From the NCBI GenBank assembly GCA_021846515.1, contig JAJZWU010000009.1, positions 1,587 through 65,586 of the forward strand: DNA of 64,000 nucleotides. The letters are read 5' to 3'. The translations under genes and the position numbers were made by a program. Source of the DNA: Actinomycetes bacterium. Lineage in GTDB: Bacteria; Actinomycetota; Acidimicrobiia; Acidimicrobiales; JAMCPL01. This document shows positions 1 through 10,431 of this stretch, piece by piece; within the stretch, counting starts at the first letter, position 1, and every line of letters starts with the position of its first letter. The notes under the pieces are model-generated. The model worked only from the letters and a program-made list of their open reading frames with translations. It did not search any database and was not told the origin of the DNA.

Positions 1-1803
1 GAGCAGAGCCAAGACGAGCAAGGGAAGTATGCTGATAGAAACAACACAGCCCAACAGAGTAACGAAACTCCACGGGCAAGTCAGCCGGTAAAAAAGATTA
101 GCGGCAATGGTGGAGAGCTATCATTGGCTGCCCTACTGCAATTTGGCGTAAAAGAAGCATTTACGCTCTCCGGAGGGCACATATTCCCATTACTTGATGC
201 CTTCTACAAACAGAACATACCACTGTACGATACACGCCATGAACAGACTGCTACCTTCGCGGCCGAAGGGATCTCACGGCTGGCAAGAAGACCTGGAGTA
301 GCCCTGGTGACAGCAGGACCCGGTGTCACCAACTCAATCAGCGCACTGGTGACAGCTCAGATGAGTGGTTCACCATTGGTAGTCTTGGCGGGAAGGTCCC
401 CAGATTCTCAATGGGGAATGGGGGCATTACAGGAAATTGACCATGTGCCTATGGTCTCCAGTATCACAAAGAGATCAGCTACTATCCATAGCACAAAAGA
501 CATCTTCCCTGTAGTAACCGAGATGGCAACCGAAGCACTTTCGCCAAAAAGGGGTCCGGTATTTGCAGACATCCCCATGGATACTATTTTCTCTACAGCA
601 GAAATCGAGCTGGCGGAAACAGCGACACCTTATGCGAATTACAATATTGCACCTTCTCCTATCGACGAAAACAAGCTGGATGAACTCTGCTCCTTAATGG
701 CGGGGGCGGAAAGGGTTGCTATCATGATAGGCAGTGATCTCTGGTGGGCTGGATCATTTGATCAATTAAAATACCTTGCAGAGGAGGGACAATTCCCCGT
801 CTACTCCAATGGTCAGGGTCGAGGATGCCTACCTGCATCTCATCCTCTATCGTTTTCGCGAACCAGGTCCAAATTGGCAGAGGCAGACTTGGTAATAGTC
901 ATAGGAACTCCATTGGACTTCCGGCTCAACTATGGAAGGTTTGGCAATGCCAGGGTAGTGCATATAATGGATGTCGGTGCGCAGACGGGAGGTGTGGCCA
1001 CGGAAGCACATAACGGCGATTATCACTCGTCTGGACAATCCTATGAACAATCCCAGTTGCACGATAACAGGATATCTATAACAGGAGATATCACAGGAAT
1101 ACTTGCCTACCTGGGAGAACACCTCTCCAGGCTAATGAGCGCTCCTATGCGTAAAGCTCACGCTGAATGGGTCGGCCAGCTCCGTCAAGCTGAAAGCAGC
1201 ATTAGGCAGGATGAAAAAGCCGATCTGGAAAATGACTCCTCTCCGATACACCCAGCACGTATTTACGGCGAGCTCATCAAGCTGCTGGATAAGGATGCAA
1301 TCATCGTAGGTGACGGCGGAGACTTCGTCAGCTACGCAGGTAGGCTGGTCGACAGCTACCAGCCTGGGTGTTGGCTCGATCCGGGGCCATATGGCTGTCT
1401 TGGTTGCGGAATTGGTTACTCCATCGCAGCAAGAGTGTTATATCCGTCACGACAGGTAGTCTTGTTGCAAGGCGATGGCGCCTTCGGCTTTGCCGGCATG
1501 GATGTAGATACTCTCGTAAGGCATAACTTGCCAGTAGTCATTATCGTAGGGAACAACGGTATCTGGGGACTCGAGAAACACCCCATGCAAGCTATCTATG
1601 GGTACGATGTCGTAGCAGACTTGAAGCAGGAAACACGCTACGACCTCATCGTAGAAGCAATGGGCGGAGCCGGAGAAACGGTGGAGGAGCCTGATGGTCT
1701 TGCGCCCGCGCTAAAACGGGCATTCAACGCGCAGGCTCCTTACCTGATCAACGTACTCACCGATCCACGGGTAGCCTACCCCAGAAGAACAAGTATCGTA
1801 TAG
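1..1803 (+). CDS. Thiamine-diphosphate-dependent enzyme (acetolactate synthase / oxalyl-CoA decarboxylase-like); 5' end probably outside the window
   Basis: Track ORF 124..1803. It has the TPP_enzyme N-domain ([24 protein letters not shown]) and the C-terminal TPP-binding motif (GDGAFGF...IIVGNNG). Frame 1 is open from nt 1 with no ATG/GTG before the TTG at 124. The residues just upstream ([12 protein letters not shown]) still resemble the family's first helix. Confidence 0.85.
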   Translation, partial: EQSQDEQGKYADRNNTAQQSNETPRASQPVKKISGNGGELSLAALLQFGVKEAFTLSGGHIFPLLDAFYKQNIPLYDTRHEQTATFAAEGISRLARRPGVALVTAGPGVTNSISALVTAQMSGSPLVVLAGRSPDSQWGMGALQEIDHVPMVSSITKRSATIHSTKDIFPVVTEMATEALSPKRGPVFADIPMDTIFSTAEIELAETATPYANYNIAPSPIDENKLDELCSLMAGAERVAIMIGSDLWWAGSFDQLKYLAEEGQFPVYSNGQGRGCLPASHPLSFSRTRSKLAEADLVIVIGTPLDFRLNYGRFGNARVVHIMDVGAQTGGVATEAHNGDYHSSGQSYEQSQLHDNRISITGDITGILAYLGEHLSRLMSAPMRKAHAEWVGQLRQAESSIRQDEKADLENDSSPIHPARIYGELIKLLDKDAIIVGDGGDFVSYAGRLVDSYQPGCWLDPGPYGCLGCGIGYSIAARVLYPSRQVVLLQGDGAFGFAGMDVDTLVRHNLPVVIIVGNNGIWGLEKHPMQAIYGYDVVADLKQETRYDLIVEAMGGAGETVEEPDGLAPALKRAFNAQAPYLINVLTDPRVAYPRRTSIV

Positions 1804-1853
1804 AGATACATTACAAAACTGCTACAGGATACCGTAACAATTGCGCCCCCGGG

Positions 1854-3038
1854 TCAGGAAAGCCTGGTAAGGGCTTTCCTCAGATTCCGGATTGCCTGTG
1901 CGATACGTTGCTCATTTTCGATGAGAGCGAACCGCACGAAACCATCACCACCGGGACCAAACCCTATGCCCGGTGAAGTGGCCACCTCTGCCTCAGATAC
2001 AAGATACTTGGCAAATTCCAGCGAACCCATATCCTTGTAGGCGTCCGGTATGGGAGCCCATACAAACATAGTACCCTTTGGCTTGTCTACCTTCCATCCT
2101 ATACCTGCAAGCTTGTCACAAAGAACATCTCTTCGCGATTGATAGGTTTCATTGACCAGTTTGGGGTAATCGGGAGCCTCGTTCATAGTGACGATAGAGG
2201 CGATCTGAATCGGCTGGAATGTCCCATAGTCCAGATAGCTCTTAAGCTTGGTAAGCGCCTGCACTACCTCTGCGTTACCGACCGTAAATGCCACTCGCCA
2301 GCCTGCCATGGAAAAAGATTTCGTCAAAGAGTAAAGCTCTACCGATACATCCTTTGCTCCGGGAACCTGCAAAATCGACGGTGGAGAATAGCCGTCAAAG
2401 GCGATGTCGGCATAGGCAAAGTCGTGAACCAGTATTACATCGTGCTCTCTGGCGAAGTTGACCAATTTGGTCATCCATTCAAGGTCTACACAGGTAGTAG
2501 TAGGATTATGAGGAAACGATAGGACAACCACCCTGGGGCGCGGCCAGGTAGACTCCCATGCCTCCATAAGCGAATCAAAAAATATATCCGGATTGGCTGC
2601 CGGGCCAAGCGGCACCTGGCGCACATCTGCTCCGGCAAATACCGGTGCATAGATATGTATGGGGTAGGAAGGAGAAGGGACAAGCACGCTGTCTCCCGGC
2701 CCGGAAAGCACCCACATCAAGTGCGACAATCCCTCCTTCGCTCCCATAGTCGTCACCACTTCAGTCTCGGGATCCAGCTCTACCCCAAACCTGCGCAGGT
2801 ACAATGAAGATATTGCCTGACGCAATTTGGGAATTCCCCTGCTCGCCGAGTAACGATGGTTCCTTGGGTTGCGTGCCGCCTCTATCAACTTCTCCACGGC
2901 AAGATCGGGCGACGGTATGTCTGGGTTGCCAAACCCCATATCTATAACATCCTTACCTGCCCGCCTGGCCTGTAGCTTCAACTGATCTATCTGGGCAAAT
3001 ACATAAGGCGGTAGGCCGTTAATTCTCCTAAAGTCCAT
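1854..3038 (-). CDS. Class I/II PLP-dependent aminotransferase (AlaA/AlaC/aspartate aminotransferase-like)
   Basis: ORF 1854..3080. The likely start is the internal ATG at 3038 ([16 protein letters not shown], a typical family N-terminus). Motifs: FPHNPTT, and [14 protein letters not shown] with the PLP lysine. Confidence 0.88.
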   Translation of the reverse strand: MDFRRINGLPPYVFAQIDQLKLQARRAGKDVIDMGFGNPDIPSPDLAVEKLIEAARNPRNHRYSASRGIPKLRQAISSLYLRRFGVELDPETEVVTTMGAKEGLSHLMWVLSGPGDSVLVPSPSYPIHIYAPVFAGADVRQVPLGPAANPDIFFDSLMEAWESTWPRPRVVVLSFPHNPTTTCVDLEWMTKLVNFAREHDVILVHDFAYADIAFDGYSPPSILQVPGAKDVSVELYSLTKSFSMAGWRVAFTVGNAEVVQALTKLKSYLDYGTFQPIQIASIVTMNEAPDYPKLVNETYQSRRDVLCDKLAGIGWKVDKPKGTMFVWAPIPDAYKDMGSLEFAKYLVSEAEVATSPGIGFGPGGDGFVRFALIENEQRIAQAIRNLRKALTRLS

Positions 3039-3136
3039 CTTATTATAGTAGCGTGTCTGCAGTTGTCCCGCGTCACACATTACAGGATTGCCACCGTCAC
3101 TACGACGCCGGGAGAATTGCTGCTTTGACGCTCGCG

Positions 3137-4186
3137 TTACAGCTTGAGCGGTTGACCACTTTGAGCGGCAGACGAATATACTGCGTCCACCATGGCATGG
3201 ACACGTACTGCATCATCGACAGATGGAGATGGCGCCTCACCGGATACTATTGACTCGATAAAGTTCCGGTCCTGCTGAGCATACATACGTATTGCAAGCC
3301 CTATCTCTCCTTCGGGCAATGGCAGATCACCAACCCAGGAAGGGGGTGGACACTCTATCACCTCATCACCCTGTTCGCTCAGCTGGTGCAGAGGGCCAAT
3401 AAAGTCATTATCCAGCCAGACTATGCCATGTTCAAAGATCGCTTCAAGGCGGCGAGTAGATGGCCTGGTTAGTAATTGGTGCCACACGCTAACCAGCGCA
3501 GCACGCATTCCTCCGTCAAACTCGAAATTGGCAACAGCAACATCTTCGATACCGGCATGGCCTGCAAAGTTGGATGTAGTAGCAGAGATGCTATTCATCC
3601 GGCCAAAGCAATACTGAAGTATATCCAAATCATGTATAGAGTGCTCTATCACAGTGCCACCACCGGCCTGCTCCAGGTCGCCTCTCCACGTAGATGCGTA
3701 GTGACCCTGAATGGGAAAGAACTGGTCATCTCTGAACGACGCAGCCATAGGCATACCCAAGCGCCCCTGCTCGACTGTCTCTTTCAGCTTGATAAATACA
3801 GGACATGTACGCAACACCAGACCTACCTGAAAAGGTATGCCCGATGTTCGAATACTATCTGCAATAGCCCCAACTTCATCCATACTGCGCCCAAGTGGTT
3901 TCTCGCTGAACACTGCGATACCGCGTTCGGCTGCCATCTCGATCAATGGTTTGTGCTGCGCGGTAGGGGTACATATCCACACCGCATCCACACCGCCAAG
4001 AGCTTCCTCGGCACTGTGCATGACCTCGCATCCATGAACGGAGGCAAATTGCCCCGAACGGTCCTCATCTATGTCATAACATGATACAATTTTTGCATCC
4101 ACCACGGAGCTGTCTATCATCGACTTGATCGAGAGTGAATGTGCCCACGATATGAGACCTGTACCCAAAAATGCAATCTTAATCAT
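3137..4186 (-). CDS. Gfo/Idh/MocA family NAD(P)-dependent oxidoreductase
   Basis: N-terminal Rossmann fold ([16 protein letters not shown]), the EKP motif (FSEKPLG) and a C-terminal alpha/beta domain. Confidence 0.85.
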   Translation of the reverse strand: MIKIAFLGTGLISWAHSLSIKSMIDSSVVDAKIVSCYDIDEDRSGQFASVHGCEVMHSAEEALGGVDAVWICTPTAQHKPLIEMAAERGIAVFSEKPLGRSMDEVGAIADSIRTSGIPFQVGLVLRTCPVFIKLKETVEQGRLGMPMAASFRDDQFFPIQGHYASTWRGDLEQAGGGTVIEHSIHDLDILQYCFGRMNSISATTSNFAGHAGIEDVAVANFEFDGGMRAALVSVWHQLLTRPSTRRLEAIFEHGIVWLDNDFIGPLHQLSEQGDEVIECPPPSWVGDLPLPEGEIGLAIRMYAQQDRNFIESIVSGEAPSPSVDDAVRVHAMVDAVYSSAAQSGQPLKL

Positions 4187-4272
4187 AGACCACCTCTCAT
4201 TCTCTCGTTTCCAATAGTTGCCGCTGCGTGCTGCCTATTCATATCAATATCCATACACATAAATATTCTAAG

Positions 4273-4281
4273 TGATAATAT
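4273..4281 (+). promoter_or_regulatory. Extended -10 element TGaTAATAT, 6 nt upstream of the SBP gene ATG
   Basis: TG at 4273-4274, TAATAT at 4276-4281, ATG at 4288. No Shine-Dalgarno. Confidence 0.35.
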
Positions 4282-4287
4282 AATCTC

Positions 4288-6033
4288 ATGGAAAGTTCAC
4301 CAACTAGATTCGATCCTCCCGGTAATCGGAATGTAAGAAAGAATGACTCCGCCAAGCTTAACCCGGGTGGACAACCTGAAGAAGATAGAGACCAGCAGCT
4401 ATTTGATCGGAGAAAATTCCTTGGAATAGCTGCAGGGGTGGGGGCAATAGGCATCGGAGGTCCCTTACTTCTGTCCAGCTGCTCAAGTTCGTCCTCTAAA
4501 TCTGTTGCCGAGCCTCTGGGTCATGCCGTAAGCACGCTCCCTCCAAAACGAGGAGGCCATCTTACGATAGGCATAGACTCGGAACAGGCAGGGTTTAATC
4601 CCACTCAATCCCCATGGTCGGCAAGCGGGGTGATGTATGCCCGCGCTCTCTTTGATCCCCTCACCATTGTAATGGCCGATGGATCCATCCAACCATACCT
4701 TGCTCAATCTATTACACCAAATCCTGACTACACAACCTGGACTATCACCATGCGTCCTGGCGTAACTTTCCATGATGGAACACCTTGTGATGCAAATGCA
4801 ATAGCATATAATATCGAGACATTCCGTAAATCCTTAGACTTCTCTATATTCACCACCAATATAAAGCACGTAAGTGTAACTGGGCCGCTCACCCTGGATA
4901 TAGAGATGAACGAGCCATGGGTAGCTTTCCCCGCCCAGCTTACTGGCGCAGTAGGGGCGCAATTGGGCTGGATAGCTGCACCAAGCATGTTGAAAGCAAA
5001 AAATGGTGCATCAAATCCAGTAGGTACAGGGCCCTTCCGTTTTGAGGAATGGATACCAAATGACCATATGAAGGCAACCCGTAACAATGCATACTGGCGA
5101 AAGGGTATGCCTTATCTTGATTCAATAGAGTACAAGCCCATACCTAGCTCCGCATCACGTTCGGCAAGTCTTCGCTCTGGCGTACTGGGACTCATGCATA
5201 CAGACACCACGGCGGTCATAGTCACCTACCAGCACAACCCAGGATACTCCTACATAGACGATGCCCACTCTACAATAGGCGAGCCGGATGTGAACTTTGT
5301 CATGCTAAACACCAAATCTGCACCCTTCAATGACATACGGGTACGCCAGGCAATGGCATACGCGACAGATACTGCCAGGATGAACACTGTTGTAGCAAAC
5401 AGCCTTCCGGAGTTGGCTACAGGCCCATTCTTCCCGGGCAGCAAATATTACTCCCCCACCGGATATCCGAGTTATAATCCCACTAAAGCAGCCCAGCTGA
5501 TAAAAGAAGTAGAACATGATACCGGCAAGCCTGTATCCTTCAGCCTTTCCGCCACAGCAGCCAACACGACCGAAAGCGAGATAGGTCAGCTCTGGCAAAG
5601 CATGTGGCAGGCGGTAGGAATGAAGGTAACATTGGAGTTCTACGATGAAGCTACTCTTATCCAAAACGCCATAAGCGGCAAGTACCAGGCAGACAATTGG
5701 ACACAGTTTGCTGCACCCGATCCGGACTGCAACTGGCCATTCTGGCATAGCCCATCATTTGGCAACTTTACAGGTAACGATGACCCTGAACTGAATAGTT
5801 ACCTGCACATAGGAAGAACCAATCCAGATCCTACTGCCAGAGCAGAAGCTTACCAAAACGTAGCCAAACGCTTTGCTGTAGACCTCCCCTACATATGGAC
5901 AAATCGCGGATTATGGGCAATAATAGGTAGGCCAAATGTGATGAACTTCGGAAATCCAACTTCACCGTCGGGCGGGAAAGCTCTGGCACTCGAAGGCGGG
6001 GTAGTCTGGCCAACACAGATATGGTTGCAGTAA
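4288..6033 (+). CDS. ABC transporter substrate-binding lipoprotein, family 5 (peptide/nickel, DppA/OppA-like)
   Basis: Tat-like RRKFLGIAAG signal followed by the lipobox LLLSSC. The length and body match family-5 SBPs. It is the first gene of a 5-gene ABC cluster. Confidence 0.88.
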   Translation: MESSPTRFDPPGNRNVRKNDSAKLNPGGQPEEDRDQQLFDRRKFLGIAAGVGAIGIGGPLLLSSCSSSSSKSVAEPLGHAVSTLPPKRGGHLTIGIDSEQAGFNPTQSPWSASGVMYARALFDPLTIVMADGSIQPYLAQSITPNPDYTTWTITMRPGVTFHDGTPCDANAIAYNIETFRKSLDFSIFTTNIKHVSVTGPLTLDIEMNEPWVAFPAQLTGAVGAQLGWIAAPSMLKAKNGASNPVGTGPFRFEEWIPNDHMKATRNNAYWRKGMPYLDSIEYKPIPSSASRSASLRSGVLGLMHTDTTAVIVTYQHNPGYSYIDDAHSTIGEPDVNFVMLNTKSAPFNDIRVRQAMAYATDTARMNTVVANSLPELATGPFFPGSKYYSPTGYPSYNPTKAAQLIKEVEHDTGKPVSFSLSATAANTTESEIGQLWQSMWQAVGMKVTLEFYDEATLIQNAISGKYQADNWTQFAAPDPDCNWPFWHSPSFGNFTGNDDPELNSYLHIGRTNPDPTARAEAYQNVAKRFAVDLPYIWTNRGLWAIIGRPNVMNFGNPTSPSGGKALALEGGVVWPTQIWLQ

Positions 6034-6080
6034 AAGCCTCAGCGGATATGGCTATCAGACTAGTCATCTTCTATTAGCAG

Positions 6081-7034
6081 TTGAAAACCCTTGCACTAAA
6101 GGTATTCACCAGACTGATCATACTGACAGGCGTGCTGCTTGTGGTCAGCGCCGGGGTGTTCTTTCTCATACATCTGCTTCCGGGTAATCCTGCCTATGCG
6201 ATCCTGGGTCCCGGAGCAACTCCATCTGCAGTAGCCAAGATAACAAAGCAACTCGGACTCAACAAACCTCTTTTAACCCAGTATCTGACCTGGCTTGGTA
6301 GGATGATCCAGGGTAATCTCGGCACCTCTTACATAACCAACCAGAGCGTCAGCTCAGCTATTGGGCATGCCCTGCCGGTAGACATAGAGTTGGTGATTTT
6401 ATCCCAGATCATATCCTTTGCCGTCGCCATACCGCTTGCGATGGCAGCCTCACAAAGATCAGGAGGTCTGATAGACCGTACGGCAACAGCCATGTCGCTT
6501 GGAGGATTATCACTTCCCGCGTTCGTAGTAGGCGTACCTCTGGTGCTTGTATTTGCCGTAATCATACACTGGTTTCCTGCAACCGGATATACTCCTCTGC
6601 TATCCAATCCAATCAGCAACCTGCACGACATGATACTCCCATCCATTACCCTCGCTATAGGATCAATTGCTATATACTTCCGCTTACTTAGAAGCGATCT
6701 CATAGCGACCCTTAAAGAAGACTTCGTGTCACTGGCGCGTTCCAAGGGACTGACACGACGTCAGATAATGTACAGGCATGTGCTGCGACCATCCACCTTC
6801 TCGCTCATGACTGCCGCTGCAATTAACGTAGGCTCACTTATCGGAGGTGCCGTGGTGGTGGAATACCTTTTCGATTTACCCGGAATGGGCCTGCTCCTTG
6901 TGAACAGCATCTACGCACGTGACTACCTGATGGCACAGGGAGTTATACTCACGCTGGCAGCACTGTTCATACTGGTAAATTTCATGGTAGACATTCTCTA
7001 TCATATGGTGGACCCCAGGGTAAGAAATGCTTGA
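6081..7034 (+). CDS. ABC transporter permease (DppB/OppB-like)
   Basis: Polytopic membrane protein with a BPD_transp_1-type EAA region (SLARSKGLTRRQIMYRHVLR). TTG start. Confidence 0.9.
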   Translation: MKTLALKVFTRLIILTGVLLVVSAGVFFLIHLLPGNPAYAILGPGATPSAVAKITKQLGLNKPLLTQYLTWLGRMIQGNLGTSYITNQSVSSAIGHALPVDIELVILSQIISFAVAIPLAMAASQRSGGLIDRTATAMSLGGLSLPAFVVGVPLVLVFAVIIHWFPATGYTPLLSNPISNLHDMILPSITLAIGSIAIYFRLLRSDLIATLKEDFVSLARSKGLTRRQIMYRHVLRPSTFSLMTAAAINVGSLIGGAVVVEYLFDLPGMGLLLVNSIYARDYLMAQGVILTLAALFILVNFMVDILYHMVDPRVRNA

Positions 7035-7878
7035 ACTTCCAACATCTGCACCCAATAACAAGCCGAAAAAACTAGGATGGGTATTCTGGGTGTCTGCCGG
7101 ATGGCTGGCAATTGTTATATTGGCTGCTATATTTGCCAACCTTCTCCCACTTCCGTCACCGGATGCAGTAGGAGTTGGAGCGCCATTTGCAGGACCCAGC
7201 CTGGCCCATCTTCTTGGTACCGACGAATTGGGTAGAAATATTTTATCACGAATCATATTCGGATCACGGGTATCTCTGATACTTGGATTCTCATCTATCG
7301 CAATAGGTACGTTAATTGGAGGAAGCCTTGGTCTGGTAGCCGGATACCTGGGTGGTCCCTTTGATTCCGTATGCAACGCAGTTGCATATATCATCCTGGC
7401 ATTTCCGCCTCTTCTGCTATTGCTTGCCATCGCCGCATTCTCTCCGGCCACATTGCTCAAACTGGTACTGGAATTTGCCTTTCTCAGTATTGCGCCGTTA
7501 TTCAGGGTAGTGCGCGCAGCAACTATCTCTGTTGCAACCCGAGATTTTGTGCAGGCTGCCTACGCCCTTGGAGCGAGCCGCACCAGGATATTACTACGTG
7601 AGATCTTGCCCAATGTCGCATCATCTATAGCCTCCTACGCTCTACTTGGCGTAGCTATCGTGATAGTCGGGGAGGGATCCCTCGCATTTCTCGGGCTTTC
7701 CATCTCCCTGCCGGCTCCATCGTGGGGGAATATGATTGCAGAAGGTCATACTTTCCTGTCGACCGATCCGTGGATATCGCTATTCCCCACAATAGCAATG
7801 TTCTCTGTACTACTTGCGCTGAACCTGATAGCCGATAAATTGAGTGCCCGCCTTGATGTAAGAGAGGCGCAGCTATGA
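7027..7878 (+). CDS. ABC transporter permease (DppC/OppC-like)
   Basis: N-terminal OppC-type segment (HLLGTDELGRNILSRIIFGSR) and an EAA loop (AAYALGASRTRILLREILPN). The start overlaps the upstream stop by 8 nt. Confidence 0.9.
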   Translation: MLELPTSAPNNKPKKLGWVFWVSAGWLAIVILAAIFANLLPLPSPDAVGVGAPFAGPSLAHLLGTDELGRNILSRIIFGSRVSLILGFSSIAIGTLIGGSLGLVAGYLGGPFDSVCNAVAYIILAFPPLLLLLAIAAFSPATLLKLVLEFAFLSIAPLFRVVRAATISVATRDFVQAAYALGASRTRILLREILPNVASSIASYALLGVAIVIVGEGSLAFLGLSISLPAPSWGNMIAEGHTFLSTDPWISLFPTIAMFSVLLALNLIADKLSARLDVREAQL

Positions 7879-7952
7879 GTAGGCGAGATAGTGAGTACGC
7901 AACGAAATACAACAGGGCTGGGTGGGTTATACGGGTAGAGGTGCGATAGGGT

Positions 7953-9140
7953 ATGGCGGGCGTAACAGGTAGTCCAGAGAGCCAGCCTCCATTGCTGGTA
8001 GTGAAAAATCTTACTACATGCTACGGGATGCCAGCCAACCCAAATAATGAGGCGGAAGCGGGTGGCGGGGTGAGTGGTGGAATGGAAGTGGACGGCGACG
8101 GGCTGAGCAGTAGCAAAAGAGTCAAGGGGAACGAGACAAACAACAGTGACGGAGTAAGGGCGAGTGGCGAGAGATCCAATGGCATAAAAGCGGTTGATAA
8201 CGTCTCTTTTACCTTACATGCCGGAGAAATAATGTCAATAGTTGGCGAATCCGGATCAGGAAAGACTGCACTGTGCCGATCAATAATGCGACTCTTCCCT
8301 ACCGCTCAGGTGCAGCTAACCGGTAAAGTGATCCTTAATGGAAAGGACCTGCTGTCGATGGATAACTCCCAATTACGCCAAGTGTGGGGGCTGGAAATGT
8401 CGATAGTCTTCCAGGATCCCATGACATCGCTCAATCCAGTCATGAGAATAGGGAATCAGGTCTCTGAGGGAATGAGAAAGCGTCAGGGTATGTCAAAAAA
8501 GCACTCTCGCGAATTGGCAATATCTTTGTTGAGGTCGGTAGGGATACCAGATGCCGAAGCGCGATACAGACAATATCCGATACAACTTTCAGGCGGCTTG
8601 CGCCAGAGGGTTGCTATAGCTATCGCGATATCGTGCAACCCATCCCTACTTATACTGGACGAGCCTACTACCGGCCTAGACGCTACCATACAGGCACATA
8701 TCATTGATCTAATTGCCAATCTGGTAACAAAACGCAGTATGGCAGCTATATTCGTTACTCACGACATCGGTATAGCTGCGAGCATCTCTTCTTCGATGGC
8801 CGTCATGTACGCTGGATCCATCGTAGAATATGGTGCGACAGAAGATGTAATCAGGCATCCCACCATGAGGTATACCAGCGCCCTACTCAATACCGCACCA
8901 AAGCTGGATGCCATACCCCATACTCGCCTCAAAACAATTCCAGGACAGCCGCCCAACCTGGCTGCACTTGGTAATGGGTGCCCGTTTGAACCCCGCTGCG
9001 ATGCCCCCATAGATCGCTGCAGCTACGAACGACCACAATTGACAGACTGTGATACACAGCCAGCTACACATCTGTGCGCCTGCTGGAACCCTCGCATGCC
9101 TGCAAACGTACCCGAAAATATAGAGGAATCCAGCCAATGA
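7953..9140 (+). CDS. ABC transporter ATP-binding protein (DppD/OppD-like) with an atypical ~50-aa N-terminal insertion
   Basis: Walker A GESGSGKT, signature LSGGLRQR, Walker B LLILDEPTTGLD and an oligopeptide-type C-terminal domain (GCPFEPRC). Confidence 0.9.
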   Translation: MAGVTGSPESQPPLLVVKNLTTCYGMPANPNNEAEAGGGVSGGMEVDGDGLSSSKRVKGNETNNSDGVRASGERSNGIKAVDNVSFTLHAGEIMSIVGESGSGKTALCRSIMRLFPTAQVQLTGKVILNGKDLLSMDNSQLRQVWGLEMSIVFQDPMTSLNPVMRIGNQVSEGMRKRQGMSKKHSRELAISLLRSVGIPDAEARYRQYPIQLSGGLRQRVAIAIAISCNPSLLILDEPTTGLDATIQAHIIDLIANLVTKRSMAAIFVTHDIGIAASISSSMAVMYAGSIVEYGATEDVIRHPTMRYTSALLNTAPKLDAIPHTRLKTIPGQPPNLAALGNGCPFEPRCDAPIDRCSYERPQLTDCDTQPATHLCACWNPRMPANVPENIEESSQ

Positions 9141-10291
9141 GTGACACGCTGTCATCTGCTACACCGGCACCGGAAGTACTGGAAGTACGAGGGCTACATG
9201 TGGAAATTGCCCAAGGATTTCATAAGTTGGTACATGCTGTATCAGGCATAGATTTTTCGATACATCGCAAGGAAACACTCGGCCTGGTAGGAGAATCGGG
9301 ATGCGGCAAGACTACAACCGGTAAAGCCATAGCAGGCCTTATTAAGCCCACCCAGGGAGATATCATTATTTCAGGAACCAAAGTGACCGGTCTCCCCGCA
9401 AAAGAATCGCGAAAATTACGGCGAAAGGTTCAGTTCATCTTCCAGGACCCGATCTCGTCACTCAATCCTCGCCGGAAGATTATTAACACAGTCATGGAGC
9501 CATCATCTATCTGGTCAATAGGAACACCGGATGAGCAAAGAAAACATGCAACCAACCTATTGGAGCAAGTCGGGCTGGATCCCAGGTTGATATCAGACCG
9601 TATGCCATACCAACTCTCCGGTGGTCAATGCCAGCGCGTCAGTATTGCCAGAGCATTGATGCTCTCTCCTGAACTGCTTATCTGTGATGAACCCGTCTCT
9701 GCGCTGGACGTATCGGTACAGGCAACAATCCTGAATCTACTCAACGATATTCAGGAACAATACCAACTATCAATGCTGTTTATCTCTCATGACCTAGCCG
9801 TAGTAAGGAGTATAAGCGACCGTATAGCGGTAATGTACATGGGGAGGCTGTGTGAAACTGCATCAACAGTAGATCTCTTCAACCACGCAATGCACCCTTA
9901 TACCCATGAACTGCTAAGTTCAGCGGCTTCTTCAAGCATCTACCTCTCCTCTACGGGCACCTACCGCTCTCTCCTCAAAGATTGTAACACGATAAATATA
10001 GATGATACTCCCAGCAATGTTGGCAAACAAAATGATGATCTGCCCATCATGACGGATCACGATGAAGACTCAGCAATACCAGATACTGATAAAAAGCTTA
10101 TAGAGCAAGTACAGCTACATGAGGTTCCCTCTGCCCTTAAGCCTCCCTCCGGGTGCAGGTTCCACACCAGGTGCCCATATGCTGATGATATATGTGTCTC
10201 CACTCAGCCCGAGATGCGTAGGCATCCGGTGGATACTTCCGAAAAATGCTCGGCTCATCTGGTGGCATGCCATCATCCACTCAATATCTAG
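9137..10291 (+). CDS. ABC transporter ATP-binding protein (DppF/OppF-like) with an insertion before the C-terminal Cys motif
   Basis: Walker A GESGCGKTT, LSGGQCQR, LLICDEPVSALD and GCRFHTRCP. The ATG at 9137 forms an ATGA overlap with the upstream stop; track ORF 9074 is probably too long. Confidence 0.9.
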   Translation: MSDTLSSATPAPEVLEVRGLHVEIAQGFHKLVHAVSGIDFSIHRKETLGLVGESGCGKTTTGKAIAGLIKPTQGDIIISGTKVTGLPAKESRKLRRKVQFIFQDPISSLNPRRKIINTVMEPSSIWSIGTPDEQRKHATNLLEQVGLDPRLISDRMPYQLSGGQCQRVSIARALMLSPELLICDEPVSALDVSVQATILNLLNDIQEQYQLSMLFISHDLAVVRSISDRIAVMYMGRLCETASTVDLFNHAMHPYTHELLSSAASSSIYLSSTGTYRSLLKDCNTINIDDTPSNVGKQNDDLPIMTDHDEDSAIPDTDKKLIEQVQLHEVPSALKPPSGCRFHTRCPYADDICVSTQPEMRRHPVDTSEKCSAHLVACHHPLNI

Positions 10292-10431
10292 TGTAGTTCC
10301 CCGGTTGTGTGCGAAAAGCCGCTCCCCTCATTCAGATGCGAAGAACCGCTTTCCCAGTTCCAGCTGAGAGAGCTGTCATGGGAGCTATGGTAGCTGCGGC
10401 AGGAGGGTAATCGTCCTTACAGGATAGCAAT

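Noticed and set aside
124-126. TTG at 124 as the true start of the TPP enzyme (as in the ORF track).
   Set aside because: The frame stays open to nt 1, and the residues just upstream ([10 protein letters not shown]) align with the conserved first helix of the family. The gene more likely starts beyond the window edge, though TTG 124 cannot be excluded.
3476-4084. 202-aa plus-strand ORF antisense to the Gfo/Idh/MocA gene. Similar long antisense ORFs occur in glpX (39838..40395), hppA (59485..60018, 60490..61005) and the GltD-like fusion (24675..25226).
   Set aside because: All lie fully within strongly supported genes on the other strand. They have no recognisable motifs and show amino-acid compositions typical of antisense frames.
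10292-10431. CTGAGAG-containing stretch between oppF and proC, briefly considered as a TPP-riboswitch fragment.
   Set aside because: The region lies between two convergent gene ends, so it has no downstream gene to regulate. The rest of the TPP consensus is absent.
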